A stretch of DNA of 63,899 nt, the filler included, from Octopus bimaculoides (lineage: Eukaryota), in the NCBI RefSeq assembly GCF_001194135.2. It is 4 parts of 3 records of this genome, joined end to end, with 100 filler letters (N's around TTAATTAATTAA, not from the genome) between each part and the next. Parts side by side here need not be neighbours in the genome. Positions count along the whole stretch, not along the records: positions 58,786 to 63,899 come from NC_069002.1; 3 more parts are not named here. One strand, given 5' to 3'. The position numbers were made by a program, and so were the translations under genes. This document shows, piece after piece, positions 62,986 to 63,899 of the stretch. Position 1 is the first letter of the stretch. Each line of letters begins with the position of its first letter. A model generated the notes under the pieces. It saw only the letters and a program-made list of their open reading frames with translations. It ran no database searches and was not told the DNA's origin.

Positions 62986-63899
62986 TGGATAGATAGATAT
63001 AGACATATATATANNNNNNNNNNNNNNNNNNNNNNNNNNNNNNNNNNNNNNNNNNNNNNNNNNNNNNNNNNNNNNNNNNNNNNNNNNNNNNNNNNNNNNN
63101 NNNNNNNNNNNNNNNNNNNNNNNNNNNNNNNNNNNNNNNNNNNNNNNNNNNNNNNNNNNNNNNNNNNNNNNNNNNNNNNNNNNNNNNNNNNNNNNNNNTA
63201 TATATATATATATATATATATAGTTATGCATATGTATACATACATACATACATACATACATACATACATACATACATACATACATACATACATGAGTATA
63301 TAGAGCGAAAGAACGAAGGGAAGACAGCGTCGGAGGGTCAATGACCACTTCGTAGCCGATTTGCCTGACGTTTCGGTTTATATGATAAAATTATACAAAT
63401 GAGTGTGTATCTGCGTGGCTTAATTATCATCTTGTTAGCATCAAAATCCATAATTAACTTCGTGTGGCCTGTCCACTGTCCGGTACACCAATCCTTCATT
63501 TTACATACACAAATAAACATAGAAATACGCATACGTATATATGAATGTATGTATTTGTGTATGTATGCAATGCTCGAATGTAAGCAAGTATGTATGTATG
63601 TATGTAAGTATGTATGTATGTTTGTATGTTTGTATTATGTATTATGTATTATGTATTATGTATTATGTATTATGTATGTATGTTTGTATTATGTGTGTAT
63701 AAATGCATGTATGTATGCATGCATGTATGTATACATGTACGTATGCATACACACACTTACACTCCATGCAACTTAAGCTTCGTGAGAAGTAAATCCACGA
63801 AACTTTTATGGTGGAACGAAGTCGATTCAAAGAGTTATTACATAATATATATATATATATATATATATAAATGCGCAAATACATTTATCATATATGATT

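Noticed and set aside
63355-63400. Hammerhead-like ccgaaacgtc on the minus strand
   Set aside because: The CUGANGA core and stem II are absent.

Overview
AT-rich, repeat-dominated eukaryotic genomic DNA from a draft assembly, with 24 N-gaps totalling about 8.8 kb, almost all flanked by microsatellites. It is most likely an octopus genome; this is inferred from the tRNA-derived SINE families and microsatellite density, and no database search was run. No rRNA, true tRNA or CRISPR array is present. Most ORF-track entries are artefacts of microsatellites or N-runs. Supported content: (1) three + strand exons (937-1008, 10371-10492, 11665-11796) that splice in frame into the C-terminus of an unidentified protein, plus an isolated candidate exon at 34627-34821; (2) about 30 copies of several modular tRNA-derived SINEs; (3) fossils of four R4/Dong-clade LINEs, CR1-like and RTE LINEs, mariner, maT/DD37D and hAT (Buster/Charlie-type) transposases, and MITEs; (4) a 69-bp tandem repeat encoding 23-aa STPR-like units; (5) three unrelated long fold-back palindromes and a degenerate minimal hammerhead-ribozyme motif, suggestive of Penelope-like elements; (6) three artificial 44N-TTAATTAATTAA-44N scaffold-join markers. 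I see no convincing novel multi-gene system. The best leads are the STPR-like repeat, the hairpins and ribozyme motif, and the recurrent (TAA)n-Dong-(TAA)n-SINE arrangement.
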